Below, in pieces: positions 23,939 to 38,900 of a DNA stretch of 64,000 nt (positions within the stretch are counted from its first letter, which is position 1; each line of letters starts with the position of its first letter). A program made the translations under genes and the position numbers. The stretch covers positions 62,001 to 126,000 of the forward strand of contig NIVC01002865.1 in assembly GCA_002269645.1 (NCBI GenBank), in the 5' to 3' direction. Source of the DNA: Macrostomum lignano. Taxonomy: Eukaryota. The notes under the pieces were generated by a model that saw only the letters and a list, made by a program, of their open reading frames with translations, made no database searches and was not told where the DNA came from.

Positions 23939-26900
23939 ATGCATGTCGCTCAAATTTGTCTAGTAGGTCTAACTTTTCTTTTTCGAGCCACATTTGCTTT
24001 CTACCTACCTGGATTAGCTCCTATCAATTACTGCACCGAGGCTACTAGGAAAACTGCTTCGTGCCAGGTAATTATTAATTTTTAACTTGGCTATTTGATT
24101 TCTGTGTATCGTTAGATCTCTTCTAGCACATATATTATATGTAACTATTTATGTTGGGCTAATTAAAGTGAATATAATCACAAGCCCTAAGTGATTATTA
24201 TTATATCAGGAATATATCAGCATAGATAAAATGTCAAATTAATGTTTCTAGGCTAGGCCTAGCACTTAAATTCTAGGCCTAGGCCTAAGCCCTAACCAAA
24301 TTTTATAATTGTCAACTGTAAAGCTTGGCAAAAACTTTTGAATTCGTTTCAAATATATTATCAAATTAAATAACTATTAGTAATCACAATTATATTCCCA
24401 GTTCCAGTTATATAATATCTTAGATTCTTGGTTAGGATTAGGATATGTATATCAATAGGCCTAGTATGCCTTGTAGGCCTAATATATTATTATTGTATGT
24501 AGTATAAGAATATTTTGTACTATGCTTGTAGTTGTACTTTTATTAATTATACTAAAATTAATATTATTATTTTGTTTTACTTTGATAATGATCAAATTTT
24601 GGCAGTGCTTATCCCCGCAGTACCATAGGAATAATTTCTGTCTTATTCCAATGGTACCATGGGAACAATTTTCTGCTTATCCACATGGCACACTGACAAG
24701 ATAGCTGGCCCATCTTCTACATATGCCATGGGAATAATTTAGTTTAGTACTTATGGTTTAAGTGCAGTATAACGACATAACTTTGCTTGACAATTTGTTT
24801 AAAAGAAGTAAAGATTTAATGGCCTTTTTATGCAAAAAAACGCTGGTCGTAGTGTTGATCCAGATCAACAGCTTCTTAGTATCCTCAATTCAAATTCCCT
24901 TTCAAAAAGCTATAAACTATTCACGTACAGGAATAGCATATATATAGAAGATGGCAGCTATCTTGTCAGTGTGCCATGCGGATAGGCAGAAAATTATTCC
25001 CACGGTACCATTGGAATAAGACATAAAATATTCCTATGGTACCGTGGGGATAAGCACTGCCTAAAATTTTTTATACATTCTAATCTAAGTTTAGAATTTG
25101 CTTTATTTTATATACTTTTCTTATAATTTGAAATTTATATTCAAAGTAGATTTCAGGATAGCTTTGATATATAGATAGATTGATCTATATAAAGATTGAT
25201 CCACATTGCTAATATATAGGTTAATGTAATAAAAGTTTTTTTGATATACCAATTGAGTGACATACTCATATTTATTGTAGCATATATTCATGTATTATTA
25301 AGAATTAATTTTTTTGTTTTTTAAAGTTTTCTCTTTATTAAAATATTTGCTATAAAAACTTATTTTACTAAGAATTAAGAAAATTAAATATTCAATAAAA
25401 AATTAATCTTGTTTAACTTTTGCAAGGTTTTTATTATCAATTATATCATGTGTCTTTTTACTTTTACTAAGTTTTACTTGAGTTGAAAACTAATTGGTAT
25501 TTATATTTTGTTACCTTCTAAACTATATAGTGTCTATATATGACTATAGAAGTTATACTCGTAAGAATAGTTTTAAACTTACTATATGTTCCATGGGTAT
25601 TATTAGTTATTATTGCCATAAATGTTTTATTATAATATTACTTCCCCTGTCAATTTTTACTTCTAGGCCTATATGTTGAAACACAATTAAATATATACAC
25701 TAACTCATATTCTTACTTCAGTCAAACTTGCCACTATATGTGAACCGGCTAGATTCTGCTAAATCTATTCTATCCTATGAATATGATAAGTAAGCCATTT
25801 AGTTATTGATTTTTGTGTACAAATTTGAAAACAGAAATATAATACTTATAAACCAACATTTTGCATCACAGATTTGACTTCTGTCAGTCAAACTCAACAG
25901 CTGCCAATCCAGTTGAAAATCTTGGCCAGGTGCTATTTGGAGAGAGGATTCGCCTCTCACCATATTCTATCAAGTTTCTTGAGCCTCAGTCCTGCATTCC
26001 AGTCTGCACCAAGGTCTACAAGCCCTCCGATTCTGTGTCAATGGCTAAACTGCAATTCTTAAAGAATGGCATTTTACTGAATTATCAGCAGCACTGGATA
26101 GTGGACAATCTGCCTGTGACTTGGTGCCTGCTGTCTGAGGATCAGAAGAAACAGGTTAGTTCTAAACTATTCTTAGATTATGCTGCTCAGAAATCCCCTT
26201 TATGGCACTTTAGATAGGGTTCTTATAGAATGACGCCCCCAGCAGACTTACAGAATGGCGCACCATCAGATTTACAGAATGGCGCCCCCATCGGATTTAC
26301 AGAATGGCGCCCCCATCGGATTTACAGAATGGCGCCCCCATCGGATTTACAGAATGGCGCCCCCATCGGATTTACAGAATGGTGCCCCCATCGGATTTAC
26401 AGAATGGCGCCCCCATCGGATTTACAGAATGGCGCCCCCATCGGATTTACAGAATGGCGCCCCCATCGGATTTACAGAATGGCGCCCCCATCGGATTTAC
26501 AGAATGGCGCCCCCATCAGAGTCACAGAATGGCGCCCCCATCAGAGTCACAGAATGGCGCCCCCATCGGATTTACAGAATGGCGCCCCATCAGATTTACA
26601 GAATGGCGCCCCCATCAGAGCCACAGAATGGCGCCCCCATCAGAGCCACAGAATGGCGCCCCCATCAGAGTCACAGAATGGCGCCCCCATCAGAGCCACA
26701 GAATGGCGCCCCCATCAGAGCCACAGAATGGCGCCCCCATCAGAGTCACAGAATGGCGCCCCCATCAGAGCCACAGAATGGCGCCCCCATCAGAGCCACA
26801 GAATGGTGCCCCCATCGGATTTACAGAATGGCGCCCCCATCGGATTTACAGAATGGCGCCCCCATCGGATTTACAGAATGGCGCACCATCAGATTTACAG

Positions 26901-29900
26901 AATGGCGCCCCATCAGATTTACAGAATGGCGCCCCCATCAGAGTCACAGAATGGCGCCCCTATCAGAGTCACAGAATGGCGCCCCCATCAGAGCCACAGA
27001 ATGGCGCCCCCATCAGAGCCACAGAATGGCGCCCCCATCAGAGCCACAGAATGGTGCCCCCATCAGAGTCACAGAATGGCGCCCCCATCAGAGCCACAGA
27101 ATGGCGCCCCCATCAGAGCCACAGAATGGTGCCCCCATCGGATTTACAGAATGGTGCCCCCATCGGATTTACAGAATGGCGCCCCCATCGGATTTACAGA
27201 ATGGCGCCCCCATCGGATTTACAGAATGGCGCCCCATCAGATTTACAGAATGGCGCCCCCATCAGAGCCACAGAATGGCGCCCCCATCAGAGCCACAGAA
27301 TGGCGCCCCCATCGGATTTACAGAATGGCGCCCCCATCAGAGTCACAGAATGGCACCCCCATCAGAGTCACAGAATGGCACCCCCATCAGAGTCACAGAA
27401 TGGCACCCCCATCAGAGTCACAGAATGGCGCCCCCATCAGAGTCACAGAATGGCGCCCCCATCAGAGTCACAGATGGCGCCCCCATCAGAGTCACAGAAT
27501 GGCGCCCCCATCAGAGTCACAGAATGGCGCCCCCATCAGAGTCACAGATGGCGCCCCCATCAGAGTCACAGAATGGCGCCCCCATCAGAGCCACAGAATG
27601 GCGCCCCCATCAGAGCCACAGAATGGCGCCCCCATCAGAGCCACAGAATGGCGCCCCCATCAGAGTCACAGAATGGCGCCCCCATCAGAGCCACAGAATG
27701 GCGCCCCCATCAGAGCCACAGAATGGTGCCCCCATCGGATTTACAGAATGGCGCCCCCATCGGATTTACAGAATGGCGCCCCCATCGGATTTACAGAATG
27801 GCGCCCCCATCGGATTTACAGAATGGCGCCCCCATCGGATTTACAGAATGGCGCCCCCATCGGATTTACAGAATGGCGCCCCCATCGGATTTACAGAATG
27901 GCGCCCCCATCGGATTTACAGAATGGCGCCCCCATCAGAGTCACAGAATGGCACCCCCATCAGAGTCACAGAATGGCACCCCCATCAGAGTCACAGAATG
28001 GCACCCCCATCAGAGTCACAGAATGGCGCCCCCATCAGAGTCACAGAATGGCGCCCCCATCAGAGTCACAGATGGCGCCCCCATCAGAGTCACAGAATGG
28101 CGCCCCCATCAGAGTCACAGAATGGCGCCCCCATCAGAGTCACAGATGGCGCCCCCATCAGAGTCACAGAATGGCGCCCCCATCAGAGTCACAGAATGGC
28201 ACCCCCATCAGAGTCACAGAATGGCGCCCCCATCAGAGTCACAGAATGGCGCCCCCATCAGAGTCACAGAAGGCGCCCCCATCAGAGTCACAGAATGGCG
28301 CCCCCATCAGAGTCACAGAATGGCGCCCCCATCAGAGTCACAGAATGGCGCCCCCATCAGAGTCACAGAATGGCACCCCCATCAGAGTCACAGAATGGCG
28401 CCCCCATCAGAGTCACAGAATGGCGCCCCCATCAGAGTCACAGAATGGCGCCCCCATCAGAGTCACAGATGGCGCCCCCATCAGAGTCACAGAATGGCAC
28501 CCCCATCAGAGTCACAGAATGGCGCCCCCATCAGAGTCACAGAATGGCGCCCCCATCAGAGTCACAGATGGCGCCCCCATCAGAGTCACAGAATGGCGCC
28601 CCCATCAGAGTCACAGATGGCGCCCCCATCAGAGTCACAGAATGGCGCCCCCATCAGAGTCACAGATGGCGCCCCCGTCAGAGTCACAGAATGGCGCCCC
28701 CATCAGAGTCACAGATGGCGCCCCCATCAGAGTCACAGAATGGCGCCCCCATCAGAGTCACAGAATGGCGCCCCCATCAGAGTCACAGAATGGCGCCCCC
28801 ATCAGAGTCACAGAATGGCACCCCCATCAGAGTCACAGAATGGCGCCCCCATCAGAGTCACAGAATGGCGCCCCCATCAGAGTCACAGAATGGCGCCCCC
28901 ATCAGAGTCACAGATGGCGCCCCCATCAGAGTCACAGAATGGCACCCCCATCAGAGTCACAGAATGGCGCCCCCATCAGAGTCACAGAATGGCGCCCCCA
29001 TCAGAGTCACAGATGGCGCCCCCATCAGAGTCACAGAATGGCGCCCCCATCAGAGTCACAGATGGCGCCCCCATCAGAGTCACAGAATGGCGCCCCCATC
29101 AGAGTCACAGATGGCGCCCCCGTCAGAGTCACAGAATGGCGCCCCCATCAGAGTCACAGAATGGCGCCCCCATCAGAGTCACAGATGGCGCCCCCGTCAG
29201 AGTCACAGAATGGCGCCCCCATCAGAGTCACAGAATGGCGCCCCCATCAGAGTCACAGAATGCATGCCTGTTTTCAATCAAATTCAAAACGTCACCCCGC
29301 ACTCCCAGCTGTGCCTGCCCAGTTTCCCACTCGGTTGCTACGTGTCTAGCAACGGCGAACGTCGCGACGCTTGCGCCTCATTTTCATTCGACTCGCGTTT
29401 GAGCTCGGGTAACACAGCCTACGTGTTCAACCACGTCAACCTGACGGTGACCTATCACGGCAGCGCCGGTTCGAGCTGGGGTGACAGTCTGGAGAATGCC
29501 GGCCGAGTGATTTCTGTCAGGGCTGAGCCAATGAGTCTGGCGCATTCGGCTGGGTTGGCCTCACTCGACTGCTCAAGTGCTAGTCAGCCAGCTTTGGCTA
29601 TACCCATTGAGAAGGCTCTGGACAAGGAGCTGAAGGTTAGCTACAGCTTTGGGTCCTTGTGTCTTCTTATCTTCAATGTTTTCTGCAACGATATGTTGCA
29701 AAATCTTAATGTGTCTAACACCCAGTCCGTCATATCTAACACCCGTCTGTCGTATTTAACACCCAGTCCGCCATATCTAACACCAAGTGCGTCATATCTA
29801 ACACCCGTCTGTCGTATCTAACACCCAGTCCGTAATATCTAACACCTTTTTCTGCCATATCTAACACCCAGTCTGTCATATCTAACACCAAGTGCGTCAT

Positions 29901-32900
29901 ATCTAACACCCGTCTATCGTATCTAACACCCAGTCCGTCATATCTAACACCATAATCTATCATATCTAACACCCAGTCCGTCATATCTAACACCATAATC
30001 TATCATATCTAACACCCAGTCTGTCATATCTAACACCCAGTCCGTCATATCTAACACCCGTCTGTCATATTTAACACCCAGTCCATCATATCTAACACCC
30101 GTCTGTCATATCTAACACCTTAATCTACCATTCTACCATATCTAACACCCAATCCGATATATCTAACACCCGTCTGTCGTATCTAACACCTTAATCTACC
30201 ATTCTACCATATCTAACACCCAATCCGATATATCTAACACCCGTCTGTCGTATCCAACACCCAGTCCGTAATATCTAACACCTTTTTCTGATATATCTAA
30301 CACCCAGTCTGTCATATCTAACACCTTAATCTACCATTCTACCATATCTAACACCCAATCCGATATATCTAACACCCGTCTGTCGTATCTAACACCTTAA
30401 TCTACCATTCTACCATATCTAACACCCAATCCGATATATCTAACACCCGTCTGTCGTATCCAACACCCGTCTGTCGTATCCAACACCCAGTCCGTAATAT
30501 CTAACACCTTTTTCTGCCATATCTAACACCCAGTCTGTCATATCTAACACCTTAATCTACCATATCTATTACTCGTCCGTCAGTCATATAAAATACTTTA
30601 ACACTAACACACACACATTAGTAAAAGATTCCATCACATTATCTAACAGAGCTATTTTCTCTAACTGTTTACCCGGCAGATAACCTATACCTACTCTGTC
30701 AACTTCATTCGCGACGATAAAATTCGTTGGAGCTCTCGCTGGGACTACATACTGCAGTCCATGCCGCACTCCAGCATCCAGTGGTTCACGCTGATCAACG
30801 CTCTGGTCATTGTTATATTCCTTAGCGGCATGGTGGCCATGATCCTGCTGCGCACATTGCACAAAGACATTGCCAGGTATAACAATAATGGCGTGGGAGC
30901 TTCCCAGCAGCAGCTTGAAGATGCGGCTGAGGAGTTTGGCTGGAAGCTGGTTCACGCTGATGTGTTCAGGACGCCCGACTGCCCCCTGCTGCTCTGCGTG
31001 TTGACCGGGTCTGGGGCTCAGGTGAGGGGAGGGCTAAGGGAGGAGCGGAGATGCAGACTCAGGGACTGAGGGAGGAGCGGAGAGGCAGACTCAGGGACTG
31101 AGGGAGGAGCGGAGAGGTAGACTCAGGGACTGAAGGAGGAGCGAAGAGGCAGACTCAGAGACTGAGGGAGGACCGGAGAGACAGTTTCAGCAGTTCCATC
31201 ATATATTTATGGTATTTGTACTTCACCTATGATTTACTAAACTTGCCCCAAGGTGGCCTGCATGTCGGTGATCACCCTGGCATTTGCCTGTCTCGGATTT
31301 CTCAGCCCGGCCAACCGCGGCGCCCTGATGACCTGCGCTGTGGTGCTGTATCCCCTGCTGGGCTCCCCGGCTGGCTACGTGTCCGCCCGGCTGTACAAGC
31401 GGTTCCAGGGCGTGGCTTGGAAGACTCAGGTGAGCGATCAATTTTTGTATGAGTTTTGTGCAGTTGGATTGAGAATCGCCCCACAACCCCTATCAGGAAT
31501 CGCCCCACAACCTCATCAGGAATCGCCCCACAACCCCATCAGGAATCGCCCCACAACCCCACCAAAAATCGCCCCACAACCCCACCAAAAATCGCCCCAC
31601 AAACCCCATCAAGAATCGCCCCACAACCCCATCAAGAATTGCCTCATAAACCCCATCAGGAATCGCCCCACAACCCCATCAAGAATCGCCCCACAACCCC
31701 ATCAGGAATCGCCCCATAACCCCATCAGGATTCGCCCCACAACCCTATCAAGAATCGCCATCACCCCACCCGCAGGTGCTGCTGACAGCCCTGCTCTGCC
31801 CGGGCCTGGTGTTCGGAGTATTCTTCATCCTGAACCTGATGCTGTGGGCCAAGGGCAGCTCAGCGGCCGTGCCATTCGCCACTATTGTTGGCTTGCTAGC
31901 CCTGTGGCTCTGCGTGTCAGTTCCGCTGTGCTTTGCCGGGGCCTATTTTGGCTACAAGAAGTCAGTTATTGAACTGCCGGTGCGGGTCAACCAGATTCCC
32001 AGGCAGGTCGGTGCAAATCCTGCTGTGGTCTTACTGACTGACTCACTGACTCACTGACTCACTGACTCACTGACTCACTGACTCACTGACTCACTGACTC
32101 ACTGACTCACTGACTCACTGACTCACTGACTCACTGACTCACTGACTCACTGACTCACTGACTCACTGACTCACTGACTCACTGACTGACTGACTGACTG
32201 ACTGACTGACTAACTAACAAGTGAACCTGGTGAATCCGCAGGTGCCCCGCCAGTCGCTGTTCCTGCGCACCGCGCCATCCATCCTGGCCGGCGGCATCCT
32301 GCCATTCGGGTGCATCTTCATCCAGCTGCACTTGATCTTCAACTCCATCTGGGGCACGGAGGTGTTCTACATGTTCGGCTTCCTGTTCCTGGCCTTTCTC
32401 ATCTTGCTAATCACGTGCTCGGAGACCGCCGTATTGCTCTGCTATTTCCAGCTCTGCGCCGAGAATCACAGGTGGTGGTGGCGGGCGTACCTGACTGGTG
32501 GTGCCACCTCCATCTACCTGCTGCTGTACTCGGTGCACTATTACGCAACCAAAATGGCAGTGGACGGCGCCGTGTCTGCCTGCCTGTTCTTTGGCTACAC
32601 GGCTATCATTGCGCTGATGTGCTTCCTGCTAACAGGTGAGAGGAAGTGGCCGGTTGATCTTCAGTTTAAAAAATCGCCATCTTATCTGTAATTTTAAAAA
32701 TCGCTTTTTTATAGCATTTCCCAGTCGATAGCGCGGTACACATAGAGTCAGTTTCTAGATTCCTGCAATCTGGTTCGCACATGTGGAAATCATTATTGAG
32801 CCTAGCAATCAATTTAGTTATTATATGATGCCATTCATACCTTTAAAACTCAACGACTACCACTACTGGCATGTTGTAATCAAAATAGGGTTGCATTCAA

Positions 32901-35900
32901 TGGACTTAGCGCTTTCTGTGATCTATTTCACTACATGTAGTAGGTAACTCACATCTCAAAATGGCTGTTCTCAAAATAGTCACTGCTTTAATTTGCTCTG
33001 AAAATTTAACTCCTGTGATTCAATTTGGCTGAGCAAGTCCGTAGAAACCGAACGACAAAAACTGATCGGCAACAACTGGTTGATGCCTTTGAAGCTGGTG
33101 ACGACTGGAAGGCACTGGCTAACGTCCTAAACATCAAGAATTCCACTGCGAGATCGATCATCGCTACCTGGGTTCGAGAAGCTCGGACTGCCAAGCTGAG
33201 GTGTGGTGGAAGAAGGCATGTAAAGTTGGACGCCGAGATGAACGAGTCTTCCAAATAGTCCCCGAGAAACCATTCGTAACTCTCGTTGAAGTCAAGGAGC
33301 TTCTGCACCAGAGACTGCCTGCCCGGAAAGCCGCCTGTGTCTATCTCTACCATCGCCATGAGTGCTGGAAGGCAGCTCATCACCTGCAAAGTTGCAGGCA
33401 AGGATGCCGATGCTCCTCTGTAGAGAAATCGGCCTGACGTCTCATCGTCGCCCGGAAGGATTTCGCCCGCTTCTTTGTTAATCTAGGGGCCAATAATCAC
33501 CATCTTATCTTCTTAGACGAATGCGGCTATAATCTGCACACAAGGAGAACTATCAGGCCGATCAACAAGGCAGGCCGATCATTAACAGACAATTAATATT
33601 CATGGACTCTTTCTGATATTGTTGGTATGATTTTGCATTGCGCTGAACCAGACAGTTGAAATTTATGAAAATAAATTGAAACTGATGAAGGAACATGCCT
33701 CCGATTTAGTGCTTCCAGCAACAAAGGCAATTAAAACACGAACTTGGCACAGAAACGAATAAAATTCGCGCTATGATCGAGTCAGTGTTGCGGTTTCTCC
33801 TCACCGCTCGATTCGTCGCGGTGGAAGGCTGCCTCAGAGTGCGCCAGGCCGCATCTTCGGCAGCGATGCAGGAACCGACAGCTCTTGCGTTCGCACCCGC
33901 GTATCCTGTTGTAGTCGAAGCAAACCAGTTGATTGCGCTTCTGGGCACCACCCCCCGATTGCTGCTTCTGGGGAGCCATGAGGTACGCCGCAACCAGACT
34001 CAGGTCCGAGCTGTGCGACTCCCACTTGCCATCAGACGTTTGGCTGAGCCGGCACTCGTCATCAAATCTCATCACACGGCTCTTGTCGAAGCCCAGGTCC
34101 AACAACTCGCCAATGCGTGCGGTGTACCTGAGATAGTCTCTGAGCTCTGCCACATCCAATCGACCATGCTGATCCAGTCTGACTAGACGCCCGTCAGTCA
34201 GCATCTGAAGCATCGCCTGCGCATTGCCCGTCACCCAATCGCCTAACGACAGCGCCTCGACCGCCACTTCTTTAGACTTACTCTGGCCTAGAAGACACTG
34301 CTTGCGCTTGCTGACGAAGTCAACGATTCGGTAGACGCTACTGGTACTTCTCCCTGAGGCTCCCATGTTCTCATGCTGCTGCCCAACTTCATGCTGCACA
34401 CATCCAGTTAGGCAATTTAGCAACTCACCCGGTACATCACGTGCCTCAGAACGGCCGACCCGTAGCTGCGCGAACTCGGATTCCAGCTGCGCTTCTTCTT
34501 TGCGCAGCTTCAGCAGACGGATTCGCTTCTCCGCCTCCAGCAGCTGTTCGTCCAGGCCGCCAGCCGCGCCAGACCCACCGTTCTCGACCTGTCGCCGATT
34601 TGGGGGGCTGCCCCCGCTGCTCGCTACCGCCGAGTTCTGCCCTGTAGCTCGCAGAATGGCCTGAACGTTCGTCAGCTCGTCACTCTCGACAGAGGTCTCC
34701 ACGTCTTGAATATGGGCGCGAAGCCTTTGGACTAGTTTTGCTTTGTTGCCAGAGGTTGGCAAACCAAGCTCCTTTAGTTTCCCTCGCAGTGCTGGCACAG
34801 TTGTGGGGACGGAATCGGCTGACTGGCTACGGGTGCGGTTCATGACTCAGCAAAAGTTTCTATTTCTAAGTCAAAAAAATTCACTGCGAGAAGGCAAAGT
34901 GAGCCGCCAGTAGAGCGCGACGGGGGTTTAAAAACACCCCTGCCACCCAAGGGGGGGGGCAGGCGGCGATGTACAATCAACGCGCTGGGCACTAAAGCCG
35001 GTTTGTGCACTTTCGCCGCACAAACCAGTCCATTACAGGATTTGAAAACTGATTGCTAGGCTCAATAGTGATTTCTTCATGTGCGAACAAGATTGCTGCA
35101 CACGATATTGACTGCAGTGTATTGGTACGACTGATGACGGACAGAAGATTTCTGCGAACCAGATTGCAGGAATCTAGAAACTGACTATGTGGACCGCGCT
35201 TTTGACCGCGAAAGAATTGCCAATTAATCTTCAGTTTTTTTAAATCGCCATTTAGTCTACAATTTAAACAATCGCCATTTTATCTTCTATTTAAAAAATC
35301 GCTTTTTATCTTTGATTTAAAAAATCGTATTTTAACTTCAAATAAAAAATCGGGTCGTTCGCAAATTCTAGGAGGAGCAAAAATTTTAACAATTTTCCGA
35401 ACATTTACTATTGTTACTGCCATATTCAAAATAATAGGACACTTTTATCTGTGAATAAAGATAATTTTTGGGTTGAACTTTATCATGAAAAAGTGTTTTT
35501 AATCATCTGGCGGTATTAAGCGATAATTAGCGATGAAAAAATTCAAATTCAATCATTTCACCGATGTTAATTTTTGATACTACAAGATGTCTGTAGCTAA
35601 AAAAAGTTGTTGTTGTGTTGAAACCTTGCTATATTACATTTAAAATGAAAGCTTATATAAATTTAATTTAAGAATTTTTTAAAGCTCAATAAACTGCACT
35701 ATAAATGATTTTATAGACGCTAAACTGGACGCCTAGCATTTCCGGTGGGATAGCCTCTTTGCGTCTCACAAAATGTATTTTTCAGCTGACGTCTAGAATG
35801 TGCGCTTAAAATGATACATTTTGATGCAGATAATTAGAAAAACATGTCTTATTATCTTTTTGTAAAAAAATTGTTATGAAATAGAGCACTATTGTTGATA

Positions 35901-38900
35901 AAAATAATTAAAAGCAACCATGCATCGCAATAAACTCCTACTTTGAAGCACAAAATAAATATCCTGTAACCACACTAGCATTCTCCATGGAGCACCTTTT
36001 AAGCTGAAATTTTACACAGATATCCAGTAAAGTAAACTGAGCAAATGATTTTTTTGTTTTTGAAAATACTTCAATTTGGCTATGTATCAGTTAGTTCATT
36101 GGACATATTTATTATATTTTTATTAAAATCCTTGTAACCAAGCTACAGAGAAACATGTGCAAAACTGGACCTTGAAATTTGACCTGAATGATCAGCAAAT
36201 GTGTATCTCGAAATGATTTTTTTTGTTTTCATCAAGTCATTCTATGCTAATTTTTTCTGAAGGGAAAGATACCATATATTTAGAGTCAATAGGGGAAGCA
36301 TTTAGACTTATTCAATAGTCATTAAAATTGCAACTATATTATTATAATATAGTAATAATATTATACATGTATTATATAGTAATATTAACTTCTAAGATGC
36401 CCTTATAAATTTAAGTAAAGACAACAGGCCTTAATTAATTAATCAGCATTTTGAAGAAACTGACCTTATACAGATGGGCCCCAAGCTAAGAAATGAATGT
36501 AGAGCTTATTTCGTGTAAGGTATAAAAATCAATTTATTATAATATTAAATACTCCTAATAAATTGGTTAAATTAGTTATTTACCTTGAATTAATTTAATT
36601 TAATAATTAAATATATAAATTTGTTTCACTTCTTACTGCATTTAAATAGAGTACCTCTCTACTATACTATAGAAGTATAGTAAAAGTATATGGTAAAAAG
36701 GTATAGTAAAAATTTTCTTTGGTTTAATCCCAGCTTGCCTCAGTTTTTTAGTCTTAATACGAGCTAGATAGTAAGTGTTGATTAATTTGCTCCATCACCT
36801 TTTTCCACGGAAACAGCACATGTCGGACATGCAACACTCTTCCTGATCCCTGGATCCAAGATGACTGCTTCTGCTTCTTCAATGCTTGAAAACTGAGCTC
36901 ATGGAGCTTTAGGTTATGCTGTCAGAGTGCTGCTGCCGGTGCTGTGTGTGTATGTGTGTGTCTTCTGTGGGTAGGTTCCCTGTCCCTCAGTTTAGCCACT
37001 GTTGTGGGCTAACTGGAGGAATTGCCGTTGTCGGTGCTGCAGGTGGCACTGCATGGTAGTATTGACGCTGTCAGTGACGCTGGCAAAGGCTTGGACGAAG
37101 CTAGGTGCCGTCATTGTCAGAAGGACATGCGTGTGCTGCTTAGACCAGTGCGCACATTCGACTGGACTCGTATCTGGTGCAGTCTGGTGTATTCACTGAG
37201 ATTGTGTGGATCTGCCTCCTCGCATCACCTCAACCAGGCTCAATTTCTTTTGTAGAATTTTCGTGCGCTGCTTAACTGCATCTTGTGCCTGCTGAGTGAT
37301 GCCAAGAATTGTGCCACACAATAATTTGGCCCATAAACTACTCGTATATTATACATATGTATGCACAGCACTCACACACACGCAGTTCATTCATATTAAA
37401 TGTACTAGTTAATGGAATTCTCATCTCATGAGCTCTAGTCTATGGACAAACCTGAAATTACTAGAATATCTAGATAGATCTAAACTTCTTTGAGCAGCGC
37501 GCTGCGCTGCGAGCAAAATACATGTAGATTCCTTAGCGCAACTAATTAATAGTGTAGTACAGTCTACAGCCTGAAGTAGCCTGTGTAAGATGCGGAGGGA
37601 TGATTTTTGCATAGGAAGCCACTACGGTAAGGTTGATGGAACTATGGGGAGGTGAGAGACTCAAAGCGAGGGACGGAAGCCATGCATAGTTCGATCATAA
37701 GTTTAATTTTTGCATGAGTCTGGGGATGCATTAACGAGAGGCGGACGAGAGCATAGAAATAAAGCGGGCTAAATATATTAATACACAAAATTACATGTAC
37801 TAGCTTGTAATTTCAGAATGGTCAGCGACTCCTCCGATTTGTATCCGCGACCGCGTGCCCACAAATCCCCCGGCAGACCCTGTCGCAGTTGGTGGTTGTG
37901 CACAGAATACAATGTTAATTTTCGAGCTTCTCTGCAAAAAATGCGTGATGCACTCAATATGCGTGCTATAGTCTACTTCTTTGATTAGATGGCTGGGTTT
38001 TGCCTTTTCGCTTGTGATCATCAAAAGCTTGGGCGTCATTGCTACTGGTGTTTCAGTGTGCGCATTATGTCTGGTTATCATATTATGTGCATGTGCAGTG
38101 TCTTTTACCTACATTTTTGTTTGTCTCTGTTTCCTGCATGCTCTTTCGCATTTTTACACCTCGCACATCCTCATTTTTCTCAATTAACAAGTGAAATCTT
38201 TTCTTAAAGACTGATTGCTATTTTAGTTAAGCTAGTAGGTTTTTGGTAATTTAATAATTCAATTTTGTCTATTTTCCAAAAAGTTTCAAAAAATAAATAA
38301 ATTAAAATAAATTTGAATTATTTTAAGTTAATTGGAGTAAAATGTCTAATAAGTAACTATAATTTTTTGTTTTAAGTACATGTAGCTTTGGTATAAGTAT
38401 TAATGTAATAAGTACTTAAAGTAAAATCAAGCAAGTTATAGTTTTCAGAAATTATGCTACAAATAATCAAATATATACTAGTATCCGAATTCCTTTATTA
38501 AGGAACATGCAGTCGATATTAAATCCACAATGTGCTTTTTGGTGTTCAAGGATAGTTCCCTGACTTTTTCTATTATTAGTTAGATTTTATTATATTTAAT
38601 GTAAAAATGAAAACAATTCTATTCACCATAAAAATGAACATTCTTTATTTGTCGAATCATCTTAACTTTGAAAAGATACATAGTGAAAACTTGATTTTTA
38701 ATTCAACCTTTCAAGACTTATTTAGACTTCTTAATTCAGTGATTAGTTAAACTGATCGAAGTCCTTTCGAGTGCATGCTATAATAATTTCGCACTTTTTC
38801 GCACACGATAATTTTAAATGTCTGGGATTTAGAGCAGAGTAACAAAATGCTGTGCTCAAAAACATTTCCTTTGTCAATTTCTTGTTCTTTTATTTTTGCA

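Larger units (their letters stand above)
32714..35220. mobile_element. TIR-bounded composite element (Tc1/IS630-derived) in TM9SF2 intron 8
   Basis: ~100-bp inverted repeats: GCGCGGTACACATAGAGTCAGTTTCTAGATTCCTGCAATCTGGTTCGCACATG...GAGCCTAGCAATC (about 32730-32812) versus 35050-35215, where the right copy carries a ~70-bp insertion. Outer boundaries are approximate. Confidence 0.65.

Noticed and set aside
26230-29821. Three ORFs of over 1000 aa as a giant repeat protein gene
   Set aside because: They lie within TM9SF2 intron 3, whose flanking exons join in frame to the conserved sequence (KKQ|[11 protein letters not shown]). The unit simply lacks stops.
37002-38207. Short ORFs inside the Sola2-like element as host genes
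   Set aside because: They are fragmented on both strands, with no splice-consistent model or recognisable motif.
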